Source of the DNA: an uncultured Verrucomicrobiae bacterium
GTDB lineage: Bacteria > Verrucomicrobiota > Verrucomicrobiia > Chthoniobacterales > UBA10450
Length of the DNA: 64,000 nucleotides
Reading direction: 5' to 3'
Assembly: GCA_963815455.1 (NCBI GenBank)
Contig: CAWFGO010000003.1
Span: forward strand, 608,001-672,000
Positions 31,038 to 42,893 of this stretch are shown one piece after another. The first letter of the stretch is position 1, and each line of letters starts with the position of its first letter. The translations under genes were made by a program, and so were the position numbers. The notes under the pieces were generated by a model. The model was given only the letters and a program-made list of their open reading frames with translations. It had not been told where the DNA came from and searched no databases.

Positions 31038-34000
31038 CTAATCGCTTCCGGCTAGCTTACCGAACTCCATGCCGAGTCGCTGCGGATCGCGACAGACGAG
31101 GAAGTCCCACTTTCCGAGTCTTCCCCAATGGTTCACCGCCGAGACCCAACGTCGTGCGCCTTGGTGTTTGGCGTCGGTGTCTTCGTAGGACTTGCCTTTG
31201 ATTTCGAGAACGACGTTAACGCCATTTCGAAGTCGAACGATGAAATCGGGTTCGTAAACCTGTGGGTTGCCGTAAAGTTCGTAAGGAATATTGAATTCCA
31301 GGCGATCATTTCGAGCGTAACAAAAGACCACGCCCTCTTTCGCTAGCTTTTCGAGTTGAAACGTCGCTGCTTGCTCCCAGGAATTCGTGTCGCACGCGAC
31401 AAAGTTCAGGTGGCTCGCGCCCGTTATCTGCACCGGCTTGACGGTCTTGAAATGAACGCTCTCGGTGCTGCTTATCGGCTTGTAGCGATTCAATCTGGGT
31501 AACAAGGGAGCTTCGCCTTTGCCATCGTCCGGGGTGATAGCGGCGATCAACAGTCCGATGATACGCTGCGCGTAGGTCTGTAAACCGACCTCGCTTGGAT
31601 TCAGCCCATCGAAATCGACCCTCTCGCTAACGTAGCGCCGCACGATGTCCAGGATCTGTGGAAACAAGATGCTCCGGCTTTCCCGACGTAGTTGCTCCTT
31701 TCCCGGATGGGACGCTTCGGTCAGCGCTCGGACGATCTCCCTTGTAATCTCGAACTCGATGGTTTGTGGATGAACGGAATCGTAATAAGTCTGCCGGTTC
31801 ACAAGTTCGAAACCGAAACCGCCGTGCGCACTCGGATGTCCGATTTGATATCCGACCTGCGGCCGGACGAAAGCGTCAGTGGGCGTGCTCCATGGATCGA
31901 GCCTAGTCCGCTCAACTTTTTGAACATCGCAACTGACCAAGTTTCGCTTTAGCGAAACCACATAGCCTTCAACCACCGGGAAACGAATCTCCAAAGCTTT
32001 GCGTTCGGGCAGTGCCATCACTTCGTGTTTGGGACGATCCTCAGGCGGCGGCCCTCCGCCCGGTTCGCGGCCTTTGAACGGAATCAGTGAAAATGGTACA
32101 CCGAAGATGTCCACGTATTCGGGCGAGAGCATGAGCTTCCCGTCCTTATCCGGCATCGGAACGTAGTCCATTCGGCGCAGGCCACGTCCCACTACCTGTT
32201 CGCACAGCAGTTGGCTGTGAAACGCGCGCAACCCGAGGATGTGAGTCACGCTGTTCGCGTCCCAGCCTTCGCTCAGCATGTTGACGCTGACCACACAACG
32301 TATTTGCTCGCCTGGTTCACCCGCGCGACCCACTGTGGAGACGATCTTCCTTAACTCTTCTGCCGCCTCCTTTCGTGTGGCCTTCGGGTCTTCGCTTTCC
32401 GCCGCGGCGAGCAGGTTCGAGTCGATACGTAGGGTAACTTCTGCGCCCTTGCGGTTCCATAACTCTGGGAAGCCTGGCAAGCCCGCGCCATATTGCTTCT
32501 GCGGCTTTGGCTTCTTCTTTCGCTTCTTGGGTGCCTCATCATCGTCATCCTCCTCGTCCGGCAAATCTGCCTCGATGACTTCCTCGCCGGAGATCACACG
32601 ATGAAAATGTTCCGCGATGTCGGTGTTATCACAGACCACGATCATGACCGGTGGGGTTCGATCCTGTCCGGGTGTTGCTGCCTGCAACTGATCGAACCGT
32701 TCCTTCCACTCGCCGGCTAGCGTTAACAGAGCATCTTCCGCTTTGCGGTAAACCACTGCGGGTTTGGGCTTCCCTCCCGTTAGTCTCTCGCCAGGTCTCA
32801 GGTCGCGCGTGATATGTTCCCACAGTTTGAAATACTTTGGATCGGGCCGGCCTGTGTTATCGATCGCCGGCAGGCGCGGAATTTTAGTAATGCCACTCTC
32901 AATGGCGTCGACGAGCGAGAAGTCGCTCACGATCCAAGGAAACGGAGAGCCTTCGGGATAACCGCTACCGTGGATATAGAACGGTGTTGCCGACATATCC
33001 ACGCAGAGCCCGATGCCGCACGCGGCGTTGATCTTATCCAGTCCGCTCACCCAGACCGTGGCCTCTTCGCGGTCGGCCTTTTCCTCGACGGTTAATCGCA
33101 CACCTTCGGGAACCGGTGCCGGCCGATAGGCATGATGGCCTTCGTCGTTTAACACCATCACCGGTTCTTCGTCCCACAAATCGCCGAGCCGGTTACGTGC
33201 GAAGGCTTCGGGACTTTCCTCGCCGAGCCTTACGATTGGGGCGCCGCCTACATTTTGCACTTCTGCTTCCGGCGACAACCAATGCCAGTTCGTCACCAGC
33301 ACCTTGCCCTTGGCCAACTCTGGTCGCAGCGAAGAAGGAACGATCTCGAACTGCTCATAATAGTTGTCCGGATCACCGGGCCGCAGAACGTTCAATCGTT
33401 CTTTGATCGTCAGATTCGGACAAACGACGAGCGCACGGCGTGGGATAGCGCGGGTCGCCAGGTTTAGTTCCACGATTGCAGAACGCCCAAGAGATGAGCA
33501 TCGCCATCACAACTGTCTTGCCGCTACCCGTCGCCATCTTGCAGGCATAGCGCGGAATGGGCTTGACGCCCGGCTTCGTTAGGGATGTCCGCGAGTTTCG
33601 GGTGCTGCGCCACCTTGGCTAGCCATTCCGTCGGGCGTGGATTCCGCCCCTGCATAAGGGTGTTGAAGTCTTCGAGCGTCAAGTTTGGGATTCCAACGCG
33701 GCTTTTTTCCCAGGGCTAGTATCTCGCGGAGGTAAATGATTGTTTCCGCTGCCTCGACCTGGCAGAAGAACAGCCGCCGCGTTCGATCTTCACGCCACCA
33801 ATGGCGAAGCAGTTTCTTCGTCGTCTCACTCGCATTTTCCCACCCGGACTCTCGCCAGCGACGCACATCGTCGCGCAGCGCGTTGACGAGAGGTAGGTCA
33901 TCGCGCTCCTCCTCGGCCAATAATGACATCTGCGCGCTGCCTGTGCGTTCGCTCTTGAACCAGTAGCTCGCCGGGCGTCGACCGGGATTCTTCGTTGGGA

Positions 34001-34103
34001 TACCCGTCCCTGTATCGTAAAGCCAATGTTGATCCGGCTCATTGTAGGGTGAACACAGGATCGGATTCTCAACCGGCTGAATGGGAATTTGGATGTCGGG
34101 CAT
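31038..34103 (-). CDS. res: Type III-like restriction endonuclease Res subunit (frameshifts near 33470-33640)
   Basis: FFCQVEA, MATGSGKT, LNDEGHH, SATP, MLSEGWD, QVVGRGLRR, YEPDF...LEIKG nuclease. Confidence 0.9.
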
Positions 34104-34115
34104 TCTAATTGCCCT

Positions 34116-37100
34116 CTACTTCAAGGTGAGCACTCGCATCCCTTCGTTACCGCGGGGATCGATGACCTTTACGGCAACACGCCACTGATCGTCTTTGCCC
34201 AGTCGCTCTGGGCGCGGGAAAGGCAGACTCGTTAGTCCACTCAGCGCTTCGAAGGCATCTTCTTCTATCACATCTGCGTCGCCGAGTGCCTTGGCTAGCT
34301 TCGACCATTTGCTTTTTGTCGGGGAAAAATGCCTGGCAGATGCAGAACGTCCGTCCGTCATAATCCGTGTCGAGGAACCACGCGGCAATGCGTTCCTTAT
34401 CCGTCGGGAAAAGCGTGTTGCTCACCGGGTCATAGACATCCATGCCTTCGACCTCGACGGTGAACTCCCCATCGGCCCGCTTCGTCGGACCTTTCACTCG
34501 AGGCGCGCTGAAGACGGTGAAAAGCTGGCTGCCGGGTTGCGTCTTGAGCAGGTCGCCCATCGCCACGTCCGGGCGGATGAGCGCCATGTGCAGCCGCAGC
34601 TTTGGATGGCTGCCGCTTTCGATGGCATCCTGCGCCGCCGCGTCGAAGCCGAAGCCAGCGAAGACCACGTCGTCGTAGCCTTTGCGGTTCGCGTCGCGGA
34701 TCACGTCCTCGACCTGCATTGACGACACGTTGCCGACTTCCGGGCCGACACTCACCGCCACGCGGCGCTCTTTCTTGTCGCCGTTCATCCACTCGCCTTC
34801 GGCGTGAATGAGTGATGCGCCCGTCAGCGGATCGAGCCGGCTGAACTTCATATTCTTGTTGTCAGGGAAATCAACGCCGCTCGCCTTGAGCAGGCGAATG
34901 ATCTTGTCGAGATGCGCCTCGGCGTTCTGCACTGCGGCGTCGCCGTCGAAAGTCTCCAGTTCCTCCGGCGCACCGCCGATCGGCGTATCGGGACCTGTCT
35001 TCCACGCGAAATAACGCCTTCCATCGAGAACGGGCCCGCTCACGCGCACCACGCCTTTCACCGACTCGGGCTTGTCCACCAGTTCCTCCATCTCGGCGTT
35101 AGCGGAGATGCAAGCGTTCACCTCGTCCATCTTTGCTCGCCACGCGGCGCGGTAGGCGATCAGCGCTTCTTGCAAAGGCTTCGGCCAGTCGGGATCGTGA
35201 TCAAAAGGCACCTCCCATTCCTTCCATCCGCCTTTGGGAATCGCGGCGCGATAAGCTTCCGCCTGCTTCGGCGTCACACCCTTGAACGGCTTCTTCGCGG
35301 GAAAGGAACGGATCAACACCGGCTGCGTGTCCGGTAGCAGCCAGCGGCGCGTATCGGCGTCCGTCACGGCGTTTGCGCCAGATTCGCGATGCTTGTGGAT
35401 GAGCTTCTCCACCAGCTTCTCCTTCAGCGGCCGTGCCGACCTTGGCCACTTCACGGTTCAGCTTCTCCAGCTTCTCCGCGAGGATCGGCTCATGTTTCGC
35501 GAAGATCGGATCGAGCGAGGTGTTGCGGGCAATGCTCTTGAGCGTGATGTGCGGCACCGTCTTGCACGCAAAGGTGGCCTTGCCGGGAACCTTGCCCGTC
35601 GGGTCGGTGAGCCAAGTCCCGTGTCGGATTGCGCGCCACGTCCTCCGCACTCAACGGGCGAAGCTGCTGGAAATCGAACTTCGCCGTCATCAGCCGGTGC
35701 TTGGCCAGCGCCAACGCCACGCGGCTGGAATCACAGGTGATCCAGCGCCGTCCCCACTGCTCGGCCACATACGCCGTCGTTCCGCTCCCGCACGTCGGGT
35801 CCAACACGAGGTCGCCGGGATCGGTGGTCATCAGGATGCAGCGGGCAATGACCTTCGGATTAGTCTGAACGACGTATAGCTTTGGCTCCGAAAAGCCGGT
35901 CATCAGCGTGTCTCGCCAAATGTTATTTACCTCGCGAACCGGCGAAGTCCTCGGAGAACCGCCGATACATTAGGTTTTCGCCAATCGGGAATCAAGCGAT
36001 CGGCAAGTTCAAGCCGATTGAATCCTCTCGACGTTTGTTTTCAATGAGCCTTTTCGCCGAGGAAACACGCGACCAAATGCTGGAACTTCACTGTGCTTCG
36101 TTTGGCCCCGCGGGCTGCGACGACGTACAGTTGTCCGCCGCGAAAATTGTCCGATCTTCTGGCAAGTCTTTGAAATCATCCTGTTCTTCAGTGCTTAACC
36201 GTCGCGTCTCACCGGTTGGCGTTTCCGCATAGACATATTGCGACGTTCCTTCCTCACCTAACTCCTTCATCAAGATAGACACGCTTAAACTTCAATTTGG
36301 CTGATGTCACTGCGCATACCAAAGGATGTAGTCGCTTATCGTCGCACGAGGTTCTCACCGGTCGCGCTGGTCGTCTTAACGAAGGTGATAACGCTGACGA
36401 AATTAGCGAACACCAAAAACCTCGTCCATCAAGCACCGCACGCGATGTAGATTTTCATCGCTGATTTGGACGAAGATGCTGCCCGAGTCGGCGAGAAGTT
36501 CCTTGGCCATTTGCAGGCGGTCGCGCAGGTAAGCGAGGTAGGAGTGGATGCCGAGCGTCCAGGTGTCGCGGTACGCTTTGACCATCTCCGGCTCGCGGGT
36601 GAGGTCTTGCTCTCGGTCCTTCACTTCGCGCTGGCCGAGCTGCGGCTGGAAGTTCGAGGCGAATTTGATGCCGTAGGGCGGGTCGAGGTAGATCATCTGC
36701 ACCTTGCCCGCGAGGTCTTCGCGCCGGGCGAGGCTGGCCATGACCTGGAGCGAGTCGCCGAGGATCATGCGGTTCGCCCAGTCCACGTCGTGCTGATAGA
36801 ACTGCACGGCCTTCGCATAATCGTGCTGCGGGTCGGCAAACAGATCGCGCTCGACATCTTCGCGCGCGAGCACGCGCAAGATGGCCTGTGTGGAGATGCG
36901 CTCATGCATGTGCAGTGCCACCGGCTCGACCTCAAACCACGGCTTCTCCCGCTTCCCGCTCCACTCCAACCACGGCTCGTGCCGTCGCAGCGCATCGGCG
37001 AGCGTGCGCGCTTCGTCGTCCGTCAGCGCCCGCTTGCGCGCAAGCGCCAGTAACTCGGGCAGTTTGTCTGCCTCGGTCGCTTCCGTGGCCGAGCGGAGAT

Positions 37101-37271
37101 CGGAGGCAGGTGCGGATTGTATTCGTAGCGAATCTTCGCCGCTTCCTGAATTCGTCCCTGCGCCTCTAATCCAGCGGGCGGAATGTTTTTCCGCGTGGCT
37201 GGGTATTTGATGGAGGAAACCGAGTCCGCAATATTTTCGTGTTGGGTATCCGTTTTTTTCCTACGTGGCAT
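34116..37271 (-). CDS. mod: Type III adenine DNA methyltransferase Mod subunit (multiple frameshifts)
   Basis: [45 protein letters not shown]. Confidence 0.9.
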
Positions 37272-37370
37272 GGACTGTCCTCCTCTGCGTCATTGAGGCG
37301 GAACCCTAGCTGAAACGTCTGACAACTGAAAACACTAATCGCGATCGCGGCGGCGGCCGCCCTCGAAAGG

Positions 37371-37406
37371 AAAAACGCGCGTTGCTTTGCAGCAACGCGC
37401 GTTTCC
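37371..37406 (-). terminator. Intrinsic terminator-like hairpin
   Basis: aaacgcgcgttgc-tttgca-gcaacgcgcgttt stem with a U-run on the - strand. Confidence 0.6.
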
Positions 37407-37953
37407 TGGCTGCTCTGGGGGAGAGAGCGTTAGTGGGTTGGGGGTGTCGGCGGCGGGACGTTCCCGCCTTCGCCGAGGCTACGGCGCGGCAGGCGATTTC
37501 TCGGTGAAGCCGCTCTGCCGCTGGGATTTGCGAACATATCCCATGGCACCGTAAAGGTTCGAGTTTGGCCCGGTATTGCCCTCCTACCCCTGAAATCGTC
37601 CTGCGGAATTTGATGGAGTTTAGCCAGTTTATAAAGATTTTGTAAATCGCCAGGCAAGGAACGGAACGATCAACAATGACTAAAAAATTGCCGAATGTTG
37701 TTACGCAGTGATCCGTGATCAGTAACGATCCTTTTCGGATTTCGTCATTCGTCATTCTGCCGCAGGCAGCTATCCCTCCCTCACCGCCATTCCATTTTCG
37801 ATTTTAGAATTTCGATTTTCGATTGCTTGTGTACTCCGCGTTTCGTCATTCGTCATTCATCTGCCACGCCGAAGCCGGCTCTTGGCCGTGGCGGCCGTTC
37901 CGGGGCCCAGTTCGTCTGGTAAAAAGTATTGACAATTAAGCCATACTTCGCGA

Positions 37954-38241
37954 ATGTCATTGCGCGTGAGATTCGAATGGGACAAGGAAAAAGAAACGCT
38001 CAACATTGCCAAACACGGCGTCGATTTCAGCGAAGCGAAGAGCGCATTTGCCGATCCGCTGCTCGTGCTGGCGGTGGATAAAGGGCACAGCCAAAAGGAG
38101 CCGCGCCTTTTCGGCATTGGCCGGAGCGGACGCGGCGGCATTCTCACTGTTCGATTCACCTATCGGAGCGAGACGATTCGCATTATCGGGGCAGGCTATT
38201 GGCGGAAAGGCAAAAAAATCTATGAAGAAAAAAACGGTTAG
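37954..38241 (+). CDS. brnT: BrnT-family toxin
   Basis: FEWDKEK...NIAKHGVDF.EA...F.DP, HSQKEPR, IRIIGA. Confidence 0.92.
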   Translation: MSLRVRFEWDKEKETLNIAKHGVDFSEAKSAFADPLLVLAVDKGHSQKEPRLFGIGRSGRGGILTVRFTYRSETIRIIGAGYWRKGKKIYEEKNG

Positions 38242-38473
38242 ATATACAGATGACAAAGGCGAGATCATTGGGGAATTGCGCGCCATCCGAAAAGGCGAGC
38301 TCCCTTCGCTCGATCAGCTCGTGGGCAAACTGCACCAAAAGCAGAAGGTAACTCTGGCTCTCGATGGCGAAGCCATCTCGTTTTTTAAGCGCGAGGCGAC
38401 CAAAAGGCACACCAGTTACCAGCGGATGATTCGCAACCTGGTCCTCGCCTACGCCCGACAGCACGCCAGATAG
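38222..38473 (+). CDS. brnA: BrnA/CopG-like antitoxin
   Basis: KVTLALD...FFK..A....SYQRMIRNL; overlaps brnT. Confidence 0.85.
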   Translation: MKKKTVRYTDDKGEIIGELRAIRKGELPSLDQLVGKLHQKQKVTLALDGEAISFFKREATKRHTSYQRMIRNLVLAYARQHAR

Positions 38474-38544
38474 ATTATCCTCTGTCCTCCGATCCGCCGG
38501 CCGTCTTTCTCACGCTGGAAGACTCGGCTGCCCTACTGCAATGA

Positions 38545-40339
38545 TTACTGATTGGAAATGGTCGCGGTCGTGCCGTCGATCTTGGTCAGGCTGACGGTGA
38601 ATTTCTCGGCGTAGCACTGGGCCCGATCCTGGAGCATGCCGATGGCCACCGCCTCGCCCAGTTGGACGGACGAGGAGGTATCGCTGCGCCAATGGATACC
38701 GGAGTGAATCCCATGGGCGAAGGAGATGTTGTTCGCCAGCTTGTTCAACTCGCCGTTGACCGTGAGATCGCCCGCATCTGAGCCTGTGTAGGGTAACAAT
38801 GAAAGCCCATCACTGGCTGGCACTACCGGATTCGGGATGACGAAATTACCGTCGAAGAAAAATTTCAGGACGGTGATGCAAGCACCAGCGACGGCGCCAT
38901 GGCCGGTGGGATACGACGGGTGAGTAGGCGAGCCTTCGGGGAAAGCCTGCGAGAGGAAGTAGTCCCCATATTTGTTGAAGCTGCTTTGCACCGCCTGGGA
39001 GTTGAGCACGTTGTCGTTCACGTGGCCCTGGAGCGTCTTGCCCTGGCCAGTGAGCATTTGTCGCACGATGGCGCCGCCCGACTCGGGGCGGTGCCGCAGG
39101 TGAACGGCCCATTTTTGATACCAGACGCTGTTCAACGCGAGACGAGCGACGGCCGTGAGTGAGCGCCGCGACATCGGGACCCCCAAAGGTGCCGAAGCCG
39201 TTTTGCTTGGTGGAGCCGACGTAGGGATTGCCTGGATTGGCCGGTGCGCCGATGGTGTTGAGCACGAGGAAAGCGACAAAGTATGCCTGGAAGAGCACGT
39301 CGACGTGGGTGTATGCGCCAAGATCGCGGCCATTACGGAGATGGCGTAACTGGGGGTCGTATTGGTTTTGGAACCCGGTGTCGATGCCGTTCTGGACTTG
39401 TTGAAACGTTGTCGGATCCGTCATGTAGTCGACGTCCGCCACGAAGGTGGCCATTCGCTGGGGTAACGGCTGCGCACCAAAGTAGGTGGGACGCAGAGTC
39501 AATTGAGACATATAGGGTCCAACGGTGTCGCCCGGGTAGGACCCGCGGAATAACAAGTCCGGGGTCACGTTACCAAACCCAGTCCTCGGCCCGGCGTAGT
39601 CGAGCATGTGGGTCAGCTCGTCCGCAGCCTGCGCGGCGATGGGATTTGCAGCGTAGTCGGTAAACGCGACATCCCGGAGCAGCGAAGCCCAGTAAAGTTC
39701 GACCAGTTCCGTCCCGTAGGCCGCGCTGGCCAGGGCCGGCGCGGGTGGAACCACCACCTGGCTAATTTGGTTGGCCGGCGACGGCGCGCTGCCAAGCTGC
39801 ACACAATCGCACCCTTCAAGATGGAAAGCTTCTCCCCCGAGCGGACCGTTCTGGGTGCGGGGCCCGCCCGTAATCACGTTTTCAAAGGCGGCGAAAGTGC
39901 CAGTATCAATCGCGTTCCGGAAGGTCAGGAAGGCGGCCGGATTAACCAGGCCGATCCCATCCTGCAGGATGCCCTTCGAGTAGGTGCCCGATTTGTCCGC
40001 ATAGAGCGCTTCGTCGCCATTGGTCGTGTGCGGCGGCACGGGAATCTCCGATTCTTTGATCGCCGCCTTGACGCGACGGGCATAGAATTGTCCAACCCGC
40101 GTATCGGACCCTATGGCTGGCGGAGGGATTTCCTTCACCACCGCGAATTTGGAATCCTGAGCGGAGGCAATGGCGGCTTTGCCCAGGACGGCCCCGCCGG
40201 CGAGAGCGGCGCCGATCTGCCCCAGAAATTTTCGGCGGGTTGCTCCCATTGATCCCCGATCGCCAGATTTGTTTACCGGGCTCGAATGACCGTTGGCCGG
40301 ATGATTTCCTGACTCTGTGCGCTGCGGGGTGTTATTCAC
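38545..40339 (-). CDS. Tat-exported vanadium-dependent haloperoxidase-like protein (frameshift near 39160)
   Basis: TRRKFLG Tat signal; ELVELYWASLLRDV; WYQKW...RPE; HPSYPTGH; GELNKLA..I...GIHWRSD. Confidence 0.85.
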
Positions 40340-40493
40340 GCAGCCGAGTTAATTACAGATGGGCCGCCCTGGGCAAGAATAATTATGCTAATCCAGCAAG
40401 ATTTCTCGAACCTGTCGCCCCAAGACGGGGCGCAGGAGCTATGCTCGCCCAATCGGTGGCGAGCGGACTGGAACTCCCGTTAGCTAGGCCAGC

Positions 40494-40712
40494 CTAATGG
40501 TAAGGGAAGGTAGGATTATTATCCCGGACGAGCAGGTCACGTTGCGCGTTCCAAAGGTTCCGCTCCCCTTGGTCCATCTGCTCGCTCTCCTGCTGCTGGA
40601 TCGCGGCGAGACGTTTTCTTTCCTGGTTGCCCTGCCCCGCCGTTTTGGTGCTCTCACAGCTGACACAGAAACCGACGCAAACGATCAGGCTAATGAGTTG
40701 AAGGTGTTTCAT
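40494..40712 (-). CDS. Small lipoprotein
   Basis: MKHLQLISLIVCVGFCVSC lipobox-like signal. Confidence 0.6.
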   Translation of the reverse strand: MKHLQLISLIVCVGFCVSCESTKTAGQGNQERKRLAAIQQQESEQMDQGERNLWNAQRDLLVRDNNPTFPYH

Positions 40713-40845
40713 GTCCTTTAAGTAAATGTTGTAACACCGGTTGTAGCAAGCGCCGAGCCACGAACTTTTCCCCGCCGCCGGTACCCTACAATCCTCATCA
40801 TTGAACATTGAATGTTGGGCGTTGAACGTTGAACGTTGATTGCCC

Positions 40846-42303
40846 ATGCAGGCCGAAAAATTCCAGATTCGAAACTTTATTAACGGCGAGTTTGTCGAAC
40901 CGCTCGGGGGCAAGTATCTCGACAATATCGAGCCGGCGACGGGGAAGCCGTACTCGCAGGTGGCGGATAGCGACGGGCGCGATGTCGATCTTGCCGTGGC
41001 CGCCGCGGAAAAGGCATTTCCAGAATGGTCCAGGAAATCCGCCGCGGAACGTTCAAGGATCCTGCTGCGCATCGCCGACCTTATTGACCGAGATCTGGAG
41101 AAGCTGGCACGGGCCGAGTCGATCGACACCGGCAAGCCGCTTGCCCTCGCCCGGTCGCTCGATATTCCGCGTGCCGCCAGCAACCTTCGGTTTTTTGCCA
41201 CTGCGATCCTCCACACCGAGAACGAAGCGCACGTCACTGACAACGTGGCGTTCAACTACACGTTGCGCCAGCCGCGCGGCATCGCCGGTCTGATCTCGCC
41301 CTGGAATTTGCCTCTCTATCTGTTGACCTGGAAAATCGCGCCCGCCATCGCTACGGGCAACACTGCCATCGCTAAACCGAGCGAGCTGACCCCGATGACG
41401 GCCTATATGTTCTGCGAGCTCGCACGTGAAGCCGGTGTTCCTGGTGGCGTAATCAACGTCGTGCATGGCACCGGGCCGAACGTGGGTGCGCCAATCACGG
41501 CACATCCAAAGATCACTACGATCTCGTTTACCGGCGGCACCGTCACGGGGAAGAAAGTTGCCGAGACATGCGCACCGCTATTTAAGAAAGTATCACTCGA
41601 GCTGGGCGGAAAAAATCCGAACATCATTTTCGCCGATGCCGATCTCGATGCTGCGATCGCCGGCAGCGTCCGTTCGTCATTTGCCAATCAGGGCCAGGTC
41701 TGCCTGTGCGGTTCGCGCGTTTTCGTCGAGAGGCCCGCTTACAAGGATTTCGTCGATCGCTTCATCGACAAAGCGTCGCAATTGAAACAGGGCGACCCGT
41801 TAGACGAGAAAACCGAGCAAGGCGCGGTCGTGAGCCAGACCCAGCTCGAAAAGGTAAAGTTCTATGTCGATCTTGCCCAAAAAGAAGGCGGGAAGATCGC
41901 GCTCGGCGGCAAAGCGCCGGAATCGATCAATGATCGTTGCCGCGAAGGCTATTTCTTTCCGCCGACGGTGATTGTCGATCTTCCGGTTGCGTGTCGGACA
42001 AACCGCGAAGAGATCTTCGGTCCGGTCGTCACCATCACACCGTTCGACAACGAAGAAGAAGTGATCGGTTATGCCAACGACGTCGACTACGGCCTGTCGT
42101 CGAGCGTCTGGACCCAAAACCTGAGCCGGGCTCATCGGGTCGCGGAACAAATCAACGCCGGAACGGTCTGGGTAAACTGCTGGCTCGTGCGCGACCTGCG
42201 CGTCCCCTTCGGCGGCATGAAACAAAGCGGCCTCGGCCGCGAAGGCGGCGAAGAAACGCTCCGTTTTTTCACCGAACCTAAAAACGTTTGCATCGCGAAA
42301 TGA
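40846..42303 (+). CDS. Aldehyde dehydrogenase (2-aminomuconate/2-hydroxymuconate semialdehyde type)
   Basis: SPWNLP, LELGGKNP, NQGQVCLCGSR, EEIFGP, VRDLRVPFGGMK. Confidence 0.93.
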   Translation: MQAEKFQIRNFINGEFVEPLGGKYLDNIEPATGKPYSQVADSDGRDVDLAVAAAEKAFPEWSRKSAAERSRILLRIADLIDRDLEKLARAESIDTGKPLALARSLDIPRAASNLRFFATAILHTENEAHVTDNVAFNYTLRQPRGIAGLISPWNLPLYLLTWKIAPAIATGNTAIAKPSELTPMTAYMFCELAREAGVPGGVINVVHGTGPNVGAPITAHPKITTISFTGGTVTGKKVAETCAPLFKKVSLELGGKNPNIIFADADLDAAIAGSVRSSFANQGQVCLCGSRVFVERPAYKDFVDRFIDKASQLKQGDPLDEKTEQGAVVSQTQLEKVKFYVDLAQKEGGKIALGGKAPESINDRCREGYFFPPTVIVDLPVACRTNREEIFGPVVTITPFDNEEEVIGYANDVDYGLSSSVWTQNLSRAHRVAEQINAGTVWVNCWLVRDLRVPFGGMKQSGLGREGGEETLRFFTEPKNVCIAK

Positions 42304-42343
42304 ACTCGTGATCGGGATCGTGCTCGTCTCATAATCTGAGGCT

Positions 42344-42595
42344 GTGAAATACGAACTGAGTTACCATGCACTCGTTCGGCTTCAGGAACGCAAGATCGAG
42401 TTTACCTGGCTGGAGCAGACGATCACGCAGCCGAAAAAGACAGAACCGGACCCCGATCATCCGGCGCTTGAACATCGGCTGGCAGCCATAGCCGAACGAG
42501 ACTATCGTGTGCTCCGAGTCGTGTGCGATCCGCGGACAACTCCGCTAAAGATCGTGACTGCTCACTTTGATAGAAGCATGAAGGGAAAACTATGA
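42344..42595 (+). CDS. DUF4258 protein (putative toxin)
   Basis: SYHALVRLQERKI...VLRVV...IVTAHFDR. Confidence 0.8.
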   Translation: MKYELSYHALVRLQERKIEFTWLEQTITQPKKTEPDPDHPALEHRLAAIAERDYRVLRVVCDPRTTPLKIVTAHFDRSMKGKL

Positions 42596-42861
42596 AGCTG
42601 ACTGTCGATCCTGAAGCCGACGCGCTCTATTTGCGGTTGAATGACGCACAGATTGTCGATTCCGAGCAAGTGGCCGCCGGCGTGATTTTGGATTACGACG
42701 CGAAGGACAACGTGGTCGGCGTGGAAATGCTGCATCTTTCAAAACGAGCCCGGAAAGCCGACTTGGAACGCCTGCTTTTCGAAACTTTGGGAACTTCAGC
42801 GCCGCAAGAATTTCTGGTCCGGGAAACGTCTTCCAGCTACGGAAAAGGAAAAAATCCTTGA
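42592..42861 (+). CDS. DUF2283 protein (putative antitoxin)
   Basis: DPEADALYLRL...GVILDYD...VVGVEML; ATGA overlap. Confidence 0.88.
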   Translation: MKLTVDPEADALYLRLNDAQIVDSEQVAAGVILDYDAKDNVVGVEMLHLSKRARKADLERLLFETLGTSAPQEFLVRETSSSYGKGKNP

Positions 42862-42893
42862 TCCAAAGTAATCTCGGCTGCCGAAGGCTAATC

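Larger units (their letters stand above)
26518..37852. mobile_element. tRNA-Ser-anchored genomic (defence) island bounded by direct repeats; no integrase inside
   Basis: 81-bp direct repeat 26518-26598 / 37772-37852 (1 mismatch) beginning with the tRNA 3' end. Confidence 0.85.

Noticed and set aside
33470..37200. Phase variation or inactivation of the type III R-M genes
   Set aside because: No simple-sequence repeat tract at the shifts; same indel pattern as in housekeeping genes; cannot be judged without reads
26518..37852. Prophage or ICE at tRNA-Ser
   Set aside because: No integrase, structural, replication or conjugation genes between the repeats
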